Below are positions 1 to 9,398 of a stretch of DNA of 64,000 bases, one piece after another. The DNA is from Candidatus Bathyarchaeota archaeon (GTDB lineage: Archaea > Thermoproteota > Bathyarchaeia > 40CM-2-53-6 > RBG-13-38-9), in NCBI GenBank assembly GCA_963807605.1, contig CAWECG010000003.1, forward strand, positions 992,001 through 1,056,000. Reading direction: 5' to 3'. Made by a program: the position numbers and the translations under genes. The notes below the pieces were generated by a model. It worked only from the letters and a program-made list of their open reading frames with translations, was not told where the DNA came from and did not search any database. Each line of letters starts with the position of its first letter. Position 1 is the stretch's first letter.

Positions 1-423
1 GTAATAGACAACTAGCAGCACTAGCATCAAGCCTACCAGAAGTGCAAGGTATGCTTGGCGGGGGCGGTAGGCCATTCTTACGCTCCTTAGTACGAGGTAA
101 AAGCCTATAGCACCAAAAAAATAGAGCATGCCAGAGATCAGGCCCTCATTTATGGTCTGCATATTCAGGTCTCCAGGATAAATGAAGGTCCACCCACGAG
201 CTACCGGCAACATCGTCAAAGCCTGTCCAGACATGATCTCGACTACGCTGTAAACGCCCCCCGCTAGGACAAAGATTGCAAAAGCCATCAAAAGCACAGT
301 GATGATCGTCAGCGAGGGTTTCACTCTCATGACCCGTGGAAAATGGAGCACTCTGAATCTGAAGGCTAGATTATTCAGGAACCTTTTGAACTTCCAGTTG
401 AAGCCTCCAACATTATTGCTCAA
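1..423 (-). CDS. OST3/OST6/DC2(OSTC)-like membrane protein, putative oligosaccharyltransferase accessory subunit (3' end outside window; not in ORF track)
   Basis: Manual translation from TTG at 423: MSNNVGG...FVLAGGVYSVVE...WTFIYPGDLNMQTINEGLISGMLYFFGAIGFYLVLRS...ALLVGLMLVLLVVYY. Three hydrophobic segments; the GG-x-Y and Q-x-x-x-EG-L pattern is recalled from the OST3/OST6/DC2 TM region. Confidence 0.6.
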   Translation of the reverse strand, partial: MSNNVGGFNWKFKRFLNNLAFRFRVLHFPRVMRVKPSLTIITVLLMAFAIFVLAGGVYSVVEIMSGQALTMLPVARGWTFIYPGDLNMQTINEGLISGMLYFFGAIGFYLVLRSVRMAYRPRQAYLALLVGLMLVLLVVYY

Positions 424-559
424 GTCTGGCCATCTTCCCCCTTGGAGTGTCAAATCATAGTTATAAGCTCTTAGAGGCTGAGCCTACCGGATATATTGGT
501 TTTCGACTCAAGGTTGAAATAGCGTCATCAATGTCATTTGTGAGGGGATTACTCTCTTC

Positions 560-733
560 TTGCCTCAGAAGATCTACTGTAAGAACTGTGGCCACGAGCT
601 CTATGTCGGTCTCGAACTCGAGTCCCCCCTTGAGACTATCCATAAACACGGTGGCTACTGTCCGGGATGCAAGAACAAGCTTGGTTTTGATATAGAGTCG
701 ATAAAGATAACTCCTGCAGAGCTTAGACTCTAG
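560..733 (+). CDS. small zinc-ribbon protein, 57 aa (not in ORF track)
   Basis: TTG start after GAGGGG: MPQKIYCKNCGHELYVGLELESPLETIHKHGGYCPGCKNKLGFDIESIKITPAELRL; two CxxC pairs. Confidence 0.7.
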   Translation: MPQKIYCKNCGHELYVGLELESPLETIHKHGGYCPGCKNKLGFDIESIKITPAELRL

Positions 734-793
734 AGCTTCTGATCACTGATATATACTGATAAACATCATTACTACTCCCAATCGTTATGAGGT

Positions 794-1216
794 TTGAGCA
801 TCTTGAAGGTTGACGACTACGATGTCCCTGACGATCTGCGCTACACGAAAGAGCATACATGGGTCAAGGTGGAAAATGATAAATGCAGAGTCGGCGTGAC
901 CGACTATGCACAGAAGGCCCTGCACGAGGTTGTATTCATCGAACTCCCGAAAGCCGGATCTGATGTTGAGCAGTTGAAGGCTGCTGGAACTCTGGAATCT
1001 GTCAAGGCGGTTTCAGACTTCTTCTCCCCAGTCTCAGGCGAAGTCATAGAGGCGAATACTAGCCTGCCTGATAATCCAGAGCATGTGAATAATAGCCCAT
1101 ACGGCGATGGTTGGGTCGCGATTATTAAGCCCTCAAACCTAGATCAAGAGCTTGTAGCTCTGATGGATGCTAAGGGATACTGCGAACTCCTGAAGACTAT
1201 AATAGAGAAGAAGTAA
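794..1216 (+). CDS. gcvH: glycine cleavage system H protein
   Basis: YTKEHTWV, GVTDYAQ, lipoyl-lysine motif ESVKAVSD, NNSPYGDGW. Confidence 0.95.
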   Translation: MSILKVDDYDVPDDLRYTKEHTWVKVENDKCRVGVTDYAQKALHEVVFIELPKAGSDVEQLKAAGTLESVKAVSDFFSPVSGEVIEANTSLPDNPEHVNNSPYGDGWVAIIKPSNLDQELVALMDAKGYCELLKTIIEKK

Positions 1217-1409
1217 GATTATCGTCGGTTGGCACCTTTCTCGGGCATTCCACTTATTCTCCTGACAGTCTAAAGATGAGCTGTTGCCCCGATTCTTATT
1301 GGCCACGATATTTCGCTGATTAGGTCTTGAGTCTGACCAGGATAGAGATCTTTCTCCGTGAGCCTTTTAGCAGAGGTCGTATCATCACTTGGAAGTCTAC
1401 AACTGCTTT

Positions 1410-1803
1410 GCGTAATTTGATCGCTATGGCGTGGCAAAAGCAGCCAGTGTTTGCAGATTCCGCATCCAGTGCTTTTGCGGGGTCGACGACCGCGTATACG
1501 CGGTCATTTCCGCTTTCAATCATAGTCGGTGGGATAAAGTGCGAGGTTTCCTCGATGTCACTTATTGAGAACGATCTTGGGCTATTCTGCTTGGTCTTTG
1601 AGCCAATGAGTTTTTAACCTCAACCTCGGGTAGACTCTGGCGTACTCTAGAGGTAGTGTCTTCATAACCGCGTCACCCCACGCAGCCTCCACTTCGTTCG
1701 CTGCATAAGGGCAGTCAATTTGGGCGTGACTAAAGAAAGCACGGATGGATGAGTTTCTAAAATGGACGCCGCAGACATCAACAGAAAGGTCTGCCAGCAC
1801 CAT
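1410..1803 (-). pseudogene. remnant of dihydroorotate/dihydropyrimidine dehydrogenase (PreA-like) with C-terminal ferredoxin
   Basis: N-terminal ADLSVDVCGVHFRN...AAWGDAVMKT joined to frameshifted VVDPAK/TGCGICKH/CHAI; stops present and most of the middle is missing. Confidence 0.5.
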
Positions 1804-1917
1804 CGGCTTCGACCTCGCAATCGTGAGTAAGAAAATGAAGCCAAAAGAATCGTTGATTTGTTATTTGTTCCTAAACCTTCTCCAAGGGACGATCCCAACT
1901 GACAGATGATGATTTGT

Positions 1918-2490
1918 TTACTGCTGTTTAGCTCCACATCTATCACAGAACCGCGATTCCACAGGAATCTCAGCGCCACACTTGCTGCATTGCATGCTCT
2001 TCGGTGCGGGAGGTGATGCGGGAGGTGATGCGGGAGGTGATGCGGGAGGTGATGCGGGAGGTGATGCGGGAGGTGATGCGGGAGGTGATGCGGGAGGTGA
2101 TGCGGGAGGTGGTGCAACCTCCCTGATCTGTTTAAGGTCATCCAAGGTCGTCCTAATTTCTGAGACTCTCTTATCAAATTCCTCTCGATCAAGTAGGCCG
2201 GAAGCATATGCTGTGGAGGCATCATCGAGATCCGTCCTCAACATCTCTAAGACAGTGGATGTGGGTGAACCTTCAGAAGACGACTGCGTAGGATGCAAGA
2301 ACATTGGATCATGATGTTGGGAAGCGTCTAAACCGGATCCCGGGTGTGTTCGCCGTCTTAGAAGAAGGAAGACAATAACTATAACCACGACTATCACGGC
2401 GACAATCACGACCGCTAACAGCAAAGTAATATCCGGGCTAAACTGCAAAAGAATCGCGGCTAAATTCAGTGGAAGAGCAGACTTCAACAT
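1918..2490 (-). CDS. membrane-anchored protein: TM, SHOCT-like segment, Pro-rich linker, C-terminal zinc ribbon
   Basis: TM followed by RRRR; GLLDREEFDKR; (PPAS)n; CSKCG...CDRCG. Confidence 0.8.
   Translation of the reverse strand: MLKSALPLNLAAILLQFSPDITLLLAVVIVAVIVVVIVIVFLLLRRRTHPGSGLDASQHHDPMFLHPTQSSSEGSPTSTVLEMLRTDLDDASTAYASGLLDREEFDKRVSEIRTTLDDLKQIREVAPPPASPPASPPASPPASPPASPPASPPASPPASPPAPKSMQCSKCGAEIPVESRFCDRCGAKQQ
2005..2112. repeat. 12-bp tandem repeat TGCGGGAGGTGA, 8 perfect copies plus 1 variant
   Basis: Read directly; encodes SPPA repeats on the minus strand. Confidence 0.95.
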
Positions 2491-2647
2491 TTGTCTTCCG
2501 CATCAATCCAGGTTAATGTCGAACAACACCATTCGATCGGCGAGACCAGGCCCAACGAATCTTCTAACCAGCTTAATACTACAACTAATCACCGTATAAA
2601 TCGTATCCTCCATTACTATCCATCTTCATCGGCCCCTCTCAACACGA

Positions 2648-3265
2648 CTAAGTGAGTTCTCGCACCACCTCTATCTTGTTCAGCGTCATCATATATAGGA
2701 AAAGGGCATGTAAGAGGTCGGCATCGTGTGGCAGCACGCCAAGCTGCTTGGCGACAACAACTGGTAAGCCATAGGTATTCACTGCGTTCGCCGGAACTAT
2801 CACACGCCGCGTAACATCACGGGCATTAGCCCTCAACCTCAAATCCATAGCCAGGTCGTACGTGCAGAGGTCTGTGCAAACACCCACTACGATGAAAGTG
2901 TCGACCTCAGCATGCTGCCTGAGCCATTGCTCCATCTCGGTATCCACGATCGTATGGAGTGAGTTCTTGTGAGTGATGACAAAGTCTCCTGCAAAGGGAA
3001 GTGATGCAATCTTAGGGACGGTCTGCGCTTCTCGGCTACCGCGAACGCAATGCTGGCCGTATGCCTTGAATTCTTCAGCTTGCTCGCTGTGCCACTCCTG
3101 AATTAAGACGCAGTTTCTGACTCCGAGATTGTGGGCTTGTTTAAGAAGATTCACTATTGGCTCCACGCAAGCCGCTGCACGCGGACTGGCCAAGTTGCCT
3201 TCGTAACAGAAGCCATTCAACATGTCAACTGAGCAAATGGCTACATGGGTTGGGTCCTTGACCAC
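2648..3265 (-). CDS. isochorismatase/nicotinamidase-family cysteine hydrolase (frame open upstream to 3373)
   Basis: VDMLNGF, EWH, HC, K-N, GVCTDLC catalytic motif. Confidence 0.85.
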   Translation of the reverse strand: MVKDPTHVAICSVDMLNGFCYEGNLASPRAAACVEPIVNLLKQAHNLGVRNCVLIQEWHSEQAEEFKAYGQHCVRGSREAQTVPKIASLPFAGDFVITHKNSLHTIVDTEMEQWLRQHAEVDTFIVVGVCTDLCTYDLAMDLRLRANARDVTRRVIVPANAVNTYGLPVVVAKQLGVLPHDADLLHALFLYMMTLNKIEVVRELT

Positions 3266-3445
3266 GTCCTTGAGAGGTAGTGACTTTAGATCTGCATGCC
3301 ACTCGCTAAGCCAATCGAGAAATTCCTTTGACTTCTTACTAAGATCTATCTCTTGTGTAATCGTGATGGCAGGTCACTCTCGTCCACCAGCAGATCAGGG
3401 GTCGGGTGAATTTAAGATGAATCAATTTCTGAATTCTCCCCATTC

Positions 3446-4246
3446 TTGGCCCTAGGAATACCTATAAATAGTAGTTGTCCGTGGTCCGATTCTTTCTTGG
3501 GAAGAGCTTTGCCAGCAAAGAGATCTGCTGAACGTCAGACGGTCGAGGATTCTCAAGAAAGCAGGAAGGCGAAGGCCCATAAGATACTCGTGGTCGCCTT
3601 CGGCGACAGCCTCACTGCAGGAGACCAGGCGCCAAGACCAGGTGCACCTCTGCCAAAATCGACGCCCTACACGGACCCGTTAAAGGAGCTTATTGATGGA
3701 GCTCTGGATAAGATTGGAAAGCTCAAGCTAGTCCAGGTTATTATTTACAATAAAGGAGTGAGTGGCGAAACAACATCAGACATGATGCGAAGGCTTGACA
3801 GCGACATATTATCCGTCAAACCAAGTTACACCGTCGTACTGGGAGGTTCGAATGACATCGGTTGGGGTGTAGAACCGAAGGAAATCTCAGATAATCTGGT
3901 TCAGATGTATGAGAAGTTATCCTCAAAAGGGATTGAGGTGGTCGCCTGCACAGTCCCGTCCATCGTCGGAGCAGATACCTACGTAAAGCCCCGACTTGAA
4001 CTGAACGAACTTATCTCAGACTACTGTTTCGAGAACGAGTTGGTCTGCGTAGATCTCTTCTCGGCGACATTCGATCCCAAGACTAAGATGCTGGATAAGA
4101 AGTACTCAAGTAGCGATGGCCTTCACCTCAGTACCGCCGGGTACACCAAGGTGGCCGAGACGATATTCGAACAGGCTTTCGCCAAACTCGTCCCAATCTG
4201 GACCGTGGGACAGGAGGCTCCCGGATCTTCCACCAAACCTCGTTGA
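3446..4246 (+). CDS. SGNH/GDSL hydrolase (start uncertain)
   Basis: FGDSLT, NKGVSG, GGSND, DGLH blocks. Confidence 0.9.
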   Translation: MALGIPINSSCPWSDSFLGRALPAKRSAERQTVEDSQESRKAKAHKILVVAFGDSLTAGDQAPRPGAPLPKSTPYTDPLKELIDGALDKIGKLKLVQVIIYNKGVSGETTSDMMRRLDSDILSVKPSYTVVLGGSNDIGWGVEPKEISDNLVQMYEKLSSKGIEVVACTVPSIVGADTYVKPRLELNELISDYCFENELVCVDLFSATFDPKTKMLDKKYSSSDGLHLSTAGYTKVAETIFEQAFAKLVPIWTVGQEAPGSSTKPR

Positions 4247-4255
4247 TGAGGACTC

Positions 4256-4647
4256 TTGGGATCCCCCACTGATGAGGAGACTACTGTAAGTGCTCTTAGA
4301 GAGGGCATCTCAAGATTTGTCCGAGGGCGCGGATGGGAGAGATTTCACAATCCAAAGAATCTTGTCGAGTCTATCTGCATTGAGGCATCTGAACTCCTCG
4401 AGCTCTTCCAGTGGCTGACAACAGCTGAGTCCAAGAACTTGAACAAAGATCCTGACAACCTAGTCTTCTCTCAAGCGAATTGGCTGACGTCCTCATCTAC
4501 TGTTTTGCTCTAGCAAATGCTGTCCAAGTAGATGTGTCGGGCTCAGTCCTCTCCAAGCTCAAAGAGAGCTCAAGAAGATACTCAACATCTAGCTACAAGG
4601 GAAAGGCACCTAGTCGCTGCAAATCGATCAGCAGAAAAATCTATTGA
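4256..4647 (+). pseudogene. MazG-like nucleotide pyrophosphohydrolase with one frameshift near 4468 (possibly an assembly error)
   Basis: WERFHNPKNL...EASELLELFQW in one frame; SELADVLIYCFALANAV...RRYSTSSYKGKA in another frame, stop 4645-4647. Confidence 0.8.
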
Positions 4648-4678
4648 TGTCTGGAATAGTATAAGCTTGAGAGAGATC

Positions 4679-4918
4679 TTGACCCGCCCCAGTCTTCCGG
4701 ATACATGTCCAGGGATCACGAAATTTGTACGACCAACTCCCGAATCGATAGTTTGTCAGAGTTGCGGCAGAAACCTGGAGATATGGAGCGATGAGGATGA
4801 GGTCAAGTGTGACGGCTGCGGAGCTCAGGTATCCAAGGAGAAAGGAGCATCATGTCTCGACTACTGCGAATATGCAAACAAATGTAGAGATATAATCAAC
4901 AAGAGAAAGCTCGGATAG
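4679..4918 (+). CDS. small Cys-rich/zinc-finger protein
   Basis: TTG start; CPG...PTPE..CQSCG..EIWSDE..CDGCG..CLDYCEYANKC. Confidence 0.75.
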   Translation: MTRPSLPDTCPGITKFVRPTPESIVCQSCGRNLEIWSDEDEVKCDGCGAQVSKEKGASCLDYCEYANKCRDIINKRKLG

Positions 4919-4960
4919 GCGATCTTGGCCTAACTCGGTTGGACTCCGTACAGATCAAGC

Positions 4961-5678
4961 CTAAAACCCGCGCGCGTAGAAGGTATCATTTGTATCTCTG
5001 TTCTTTGTAAGGGCGGCTGAATTGCTATAACCCAGTTTCTCCCAGAAACCTAGTTGATCCTCGGTTGTGAATTTGATCTCGTGAATCCACTTGGTACTCT
5101 TATATCCATACTTTTGTGGAACGACCCGCCTTAAGGGCTGGCCACGTTCAGGTTCAAGTTGCTTCTCATCTAACTCACATGCTAACATAACATCCGCGTC
5201 TAGCAATACATCCAGAGGCAGAGAGGTGAAGTAACTGTCCTCACACGTGAATCCAACGAAATGTGCGCTGGATTTCGGTGCACAAAACTCAACGATGTTC
5301 TTGAAAGTCGTTCCACCCCGCAGGTTGTCCAGCTTGCTCCAGCCAGTCACACAGTGAAAATCCGATTGCCGAGTTGTCTTCGGCAGTCTCAGAAAATCAC
5401 TCCAGAATAAACTAAGTGGCTTCTGAACCTCCCCGAGAATTGAGCCTCCAATCTTTCTCCACAAACATTGGGGTTGCGGCGATGCTGAAAACTACGATTT
5501 CTGTAACCTCGCGCTGATTGGGCGGAAGGTGGGAAGGATTAGATGGTGTTCGCTCGCCTTTGAAAGGCTGTCTAAAGAATATTGATCCTACACTCAAGGT
5601 AGCAACCCCTACGGCTATTCCTAGAAGATATTTCAGGAGTCTTCTTCTACTCAACGGTTGTCCGAAGAGTTGAGGCAT
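4961..5678 (-). pseudogene. molybdopterin-dependent oxidoreductase (sulfite oxidase/MsrP-like) with Tat-like signal, frameshifted
   Basis: SRRRLLK plus hydrophobic segment; LPPNQ; DFHCVTGWS; YGYKSTKWI; GFWE. Frameshifts near 5440 and near 5013. Confidence 0.8.
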
Positions 5679-5759
5679 TCTTCTCTTCCATCTGTGCCTG
5701 ACGCATATCGGCCTGATTCTGGCATCATATCCAATTAAACACAATTACCGTCAAACTAA

Positions 5760-8700
5760 TTACTTAATAGATCGTTTACCGGGACGCTTACGCACTATTC
5801 GGCTTTGTGCTCGTTTCTTCTTGATGGCTCTCTTCTGAATTCGGTGCATTCCGATGAAGTAGTCTCTTCCATCGATCAACCATTCCCTCGAGAGCTCAAC
5901 CTTGGGTCTTTTCTGTCCTTTGCCAAGGAAATTCAGATTCTTTGCTCTGACCTCTTCGCAGATGTAGTCTTCCTTCTTCTTCAGCGACTCTAATTCCGCC
6001 TTCCCAGGGGGAACTACGTAAGCACTGACATAAGCATCGACCGGTAGACTCATCTGCCTCCGCATCTCTTGCATGCGTCTTACTATATCCCTTACGAGCC
6101 CTTCTGCCAGAAGTCTCTTTGGCATGGTTGTGTCGACGTATACTCTTCCTTTGCTGAAGGTTCCAGGTATGAAGTTCTCCGCCATCTCCTCTCTGAATGT
6201 AACCATCTCGGAGTCTAACGTAACGGTTCTTTCCTCCACTTTCAAATCGTAAGTTCCCTTCTCTTTGAGCTCTTCAAAGATCTCTCTGCCGTCAAGCCTT
6301 TTTATCGCCTCGGCGATCACATTAGTCTCTCCTTTGAAGGTTGGTCCCAGAGCTTTGTAGTTTGGAGACACCTTCAGTGTCTTAAGCTTCTCTTCTTCTT
6401 CCACCGCAACGAACTCTATCTTCCGAGTATTTGCTTGGGAGTAGATCACCTGTTCAAACTCCTCGGCAGCTCTTTGGACAGTTGGCTCTTCTGTCACGAT
6501 TATGATTTTTGAGATTGGTTGTCTGAGCTTTATCCTAGCAGTCTGCCTCGCGCTTAGAGCTGCGCTTATCAACTCTTTGGTCAGTTCCATATTCTCCTCG
6601 AGTGAAGGTTCGATCCAGTTGATCTTGGGCTCTGGGTATCGGCACATGTGTATGCTCTCAAGGGGTGACGCCTCTGCGGGTTTGATCATTTCTTGGTAGA
6701 TCTTCTCTGTAATGAAGGGTGTGAATGGTGCGCTTAAGAGGAGCCATGTCTTGAGGGCGTGGTAGAGGGTTGAGTATGAGGCAAGTTTGTCAGGGCTCTC
6801 TTTCTCCTGCCAGAACCTTCGCCTTACGAGCTTGATGTACCATCTGCTTAGGTCTTCAACGGCAAATTGGCTAAGGACTCTGGCGGCCTTGTGTATGTTG
6901 AGACTCTCAAGCTCCTTCTGTACGAGGAGTTTCAGACTCTCCGTCTTAGAGACAAGCCACTTATCTTCAGGTCGGAGGTTGCCTTCCCAGACCGGCCATT
7001 CTTCAGGCTCGAATTGATCAAGGTTCATGTAGATGCTTGCGAAGGCGTAGATGTTCCAGACGACCTTAAGATCCTTCATTGTATCCTCGACTGTTGTTGT
7101 CGAGAAGTTGAAGTCTTCCCATACAGTCCGTTGGAGCTCGTAGAGGCGAAGTGCATCTCTACCATACTTCTGAACGATGTCATTTGGTGAGATAAAGTTG
7201 CCTTGGGACTTGCTCATCTTCTGTCCTTCGGTGTTGAATGTGTGGCCGTGCATCAGGACGGCTTTGTAGGGTGAACTGTCGAATGCCACCAGGCCTGCGC
7301 CAAGTTGTGAGTAGAACCAGCCTCTGGTCTGGTCGTGGGCCTCGATTATTAGATCTGCTGGCCACCACTTCTTGAACTCCACCTCAATCCTTGGGTATTG
7401 GAGGGATGCCCATGAGGCGACACCTGAGTCCATCCAGACATCCACTATGTCAGGAACTCGACTCATTGAGCCACCACATTCGCAGTCGAATTTTATTGGG
7501 TCGACATCCTGTCTGTGGAGCTCAATTGGTCCTTGAAGGTTTGAGGCTCTCTGTCTTAGCTCTCTCTCTGAACCGATGACAGTTCTTCTGCCGCAGTTCT
7601 GGCAGATCCAGATTGGCATGGGGGAACCCCAGTATCGCTGTCGTGATATTACCCAGTCCCTTGCCCCAAGCAGCCAATCCTTGAATCTCCTTGTTCCAGC
7701 CCAGTCTGGGGTCCAGCTGATCTTCTCATTCTCTTCGAACAATCTCTGTTTTAAGTCAGTAATCTTGATGAACCACTGTTCAGTGGCCCTGAGTATCAGT
7801 GGGGTCTTGCATCTCCAGCAGTGAGGATATGGATGCTCAATCACTGAAGTCTTCAAGAGTAGGGACTTGGCCTTAAGGTCTTCAACAATCTCTGGGTTAG
7901 CATCAAAGACATATTTCCCAGAGTATTTTCCCGCCTCCTGAGTGAACCTTCCAGTCTGATCGACTGGACTCATCACCGGTAAGTGATTAACTTGGCCTAC
8001 CTCAAAGTCTTCCTCACCGTGTCCAGGCGCGCAATGGACGCATCCAGTGCCTTCCTCCATCGACACATATTCCTTGCTTAGAACGATTGTGTGGATGTTG
8101 TCTTCTCTTGGCTTGGCTTGGATTGGAACCTCATTCCGGAGGGGTGGGCGATACTTCAGGCCTTTTAGCTTATTTCCCTTGAAGATCTCTAAGACTTCTT
8201 CTGGTTGTCCTTCGAACACAGCATGCCTTCTTGCTTCGGCCAAGATGTAGACTTCGTCACCCACCCTGACCCTTGAGTAGTCAGTGTCGGGATTTACCAT
8301 GACTGCGAGGTTTGCAGGAAGCGTCCAAGGTGTCGTCGTCCAGATCAGTATATACTCCTTCTCCTCACCTTCTACAGGAAACTTGACGTAGATGGATTGG
8401 TCTTTGACAGTCCTGTACTCATCTGTCACCTCGTATCCTGCCAAGGCTGTCTCGCAGCGGGGGCACCAATGGACGACCTTCAATCCTTTCTGCAGTAACC
8501 CCTTGCTCTCAGCTCTCTGTATTATCCACCATACAGACTCAATGTACTCATTCTTGTAAGTCAGGTAGGGTCTGTCCCAATCCATCCAGACCCCAAGATC
8601 CTTGAAGACACGTGTCTGAATTTTAGCGTTCTCTTGAGCATAGCATTTACAGAATTCTATGAACCTCTTTATTGTAATGGATTCTTCGATCTCTCTCTTA

Positions 8701-9023
8701 CTCTTTATCTTGAGATCTTCCTCAACCTTAACCTCTATAGGCAGTCCGTGGCAGTCGTAGCCAGGCTGATCTCTAACATCGCGGCCCATCATCCGCTGAT
8801 GCCTTATCACAACATCCTTCAGTATCTTATTCCAGGATGTACCTACGTGAGGCGGATTCGTGACATACGGCGGGCCGTCCAAGAAGTAGAACTTATTCCT
8901 ACCTTGGAGTCTCTGCTTGACCTTCTCGTAGATCCGGTTCTTGTTCCACCAGCGCAGAATCTCCTTCTCCAAAGCACTGGGGGAGTAGGCATGTGGTATC
9001 TTGCCAACAATGGATGCAGTCAA
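5760..9023 (-). CDS. ileS: isoleucine--tRNA ligase
   Basis: DGPPY, HVGT (HIGH-like), GYDCHGLP, WTTTPWTLP, SRQRYWG, KMSKS. Confidence 0.97.
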   Translation of the reverse strand: MTASIVGKIPHAYSPSALEKEILRWWNKNRIYEKVKQRLQGRNKFYFLDGPPYVTNPPHVGTSWNKILKDVVIRHQRMMGRDVRDQPGYDCHGLPIEVKVEEDLKIKSKREIEESITIKRFIEFCKCYAQENAKIQTRVFKDLGVWMDWDRPYLTYKNEYIESVWWIIQRAESKGLLQKGLKVVHWCPRCETALAGYEVTDEYRTVKDQSIYVKFPVEGEEKEYILIWTTTPWTLPANLAVMVNPDTDYSRVRVGDEVYILAEARRHAVFEGQPEEVLEIFKGNKLKGLKYRPPLRNEVPIQAKPREDNIHTIVLSKEYVSMEEGTGCVHCAPGHGEEDFEVGQVNHLPVMSPVDQTGRFTQEAGKYSGKYVFDANPEIVEDLKAKSLLLKTSVIEHPYPHCWRCKTPLILRATEQWFIKITDLKQRLFEENEKISWTPDWAGTRRFKDWLLGARDWVISRQRYWGSPMPIWICQNCGRRTVIGSERELRQRASNLQGPIELHRQDVDPIKFDCECGGSMSRVPDIVDVWMDSGVASWASLQYPRIEVEFKKWWPADLIIEAHDQTRGWFYSQLGAGLVAFDSSPYKAVLMHGHTFNTEGQKMSKSQGNFISPNDIVQKYGRDALRLYELQRTVWEDFNFSTTTVEDTMKDLKVVWNIYAFASIYMNLDQFEPEEWPVWEGNLRPEDKWLVSKTESLKLLVQKELESLNIHKAARVLSQFAVEDLSRWYIKLVRRRFWQEKESPDKLASYSTLYHALKTWLLLSAPFTPFITEKIYQEMIKPAEASPLESIHMCRYPEPKINWIEPSLEENMELTKELISAALSARQTARIKLRQPISKIIIVTEEPTVQRAAEEFEQVIYSQANTRKIEFVAVEEEEKLKTLKVSPNYKALGPTFKGETNVIAEAIKRLDGREIFEELKEKGTYDLKVEERTVTLDSEMVTFREEMAENFIPGTFSKGRVYVDTTMPKRLLAEGLVRDIVRRMQEMRRQMSLPVDAYVSAYVVPPGKAELESLKKKEDYICEEVRAKNLNFLGKGQKRPKVELSREWLIDGRDYFIGMHRIQKRAIKKKRAQSRIVRKRPGKRSIK

Positions 9024-9149
9024 CCGAAGCCACTCACATCATAAAGGCGTCTGGACCTTATATTTTAGCCTCAGAGGGAACTCTTAACTCGACCACAACA
9101 CGAATAAGGCGCATCAAAATCTCCCGATAGCATTCGTGAGGAATCCCTG

Positions 9150-9398
9150 TTGACAACGCCAAGGGCTAAGCTTTTCGGTTCCGCATGTAACCTGAAGCAA
9201 GGGATTCTCAGTAAAGCTAGCGATCTTAAGGCCTCACTGGCCAGTATTCCAAGAGCTTCGTACCTCAATCTTCTCTGCATTATTATTATAACAGCTGCGG
9301 CGGCTCTTCTCCGTTCTTTGCCTTTGAGATGGGGAAAATATCTGACTGAATTTGACCCCTATGTGCAGTATAGGCAGACCGAATATACAGTCAATTGA
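9150..9398 (+). pseudogene. aglB: N-terminal fragment of oligosaccharyltransferase AglB/STT3
   Basis: First TM plus LRSLPLRWGKYLTEFDPYVQYRQTEY; stops after 82 codons, and the next gene ends 243 bp away. Confidence 0.75.

Noticed and set aside
2005-2112. Tandem repeat as a CRISPR array; alternative HHLP (1662-2225) and GGDA (1982-2314) ORFs
   Set aside because: No spacers and only a 12-bp unit; the SPPA frame has a coherent TM/zinc-ribbon architecture, so the others are shadow frames.
4243-4290. TTGATGA...CTGATGA as a C/D sRNA or hammerhead core
   Set aside because: Overlaps a stop codon and the MazG-like start; no terminal D box and no GAAA core.
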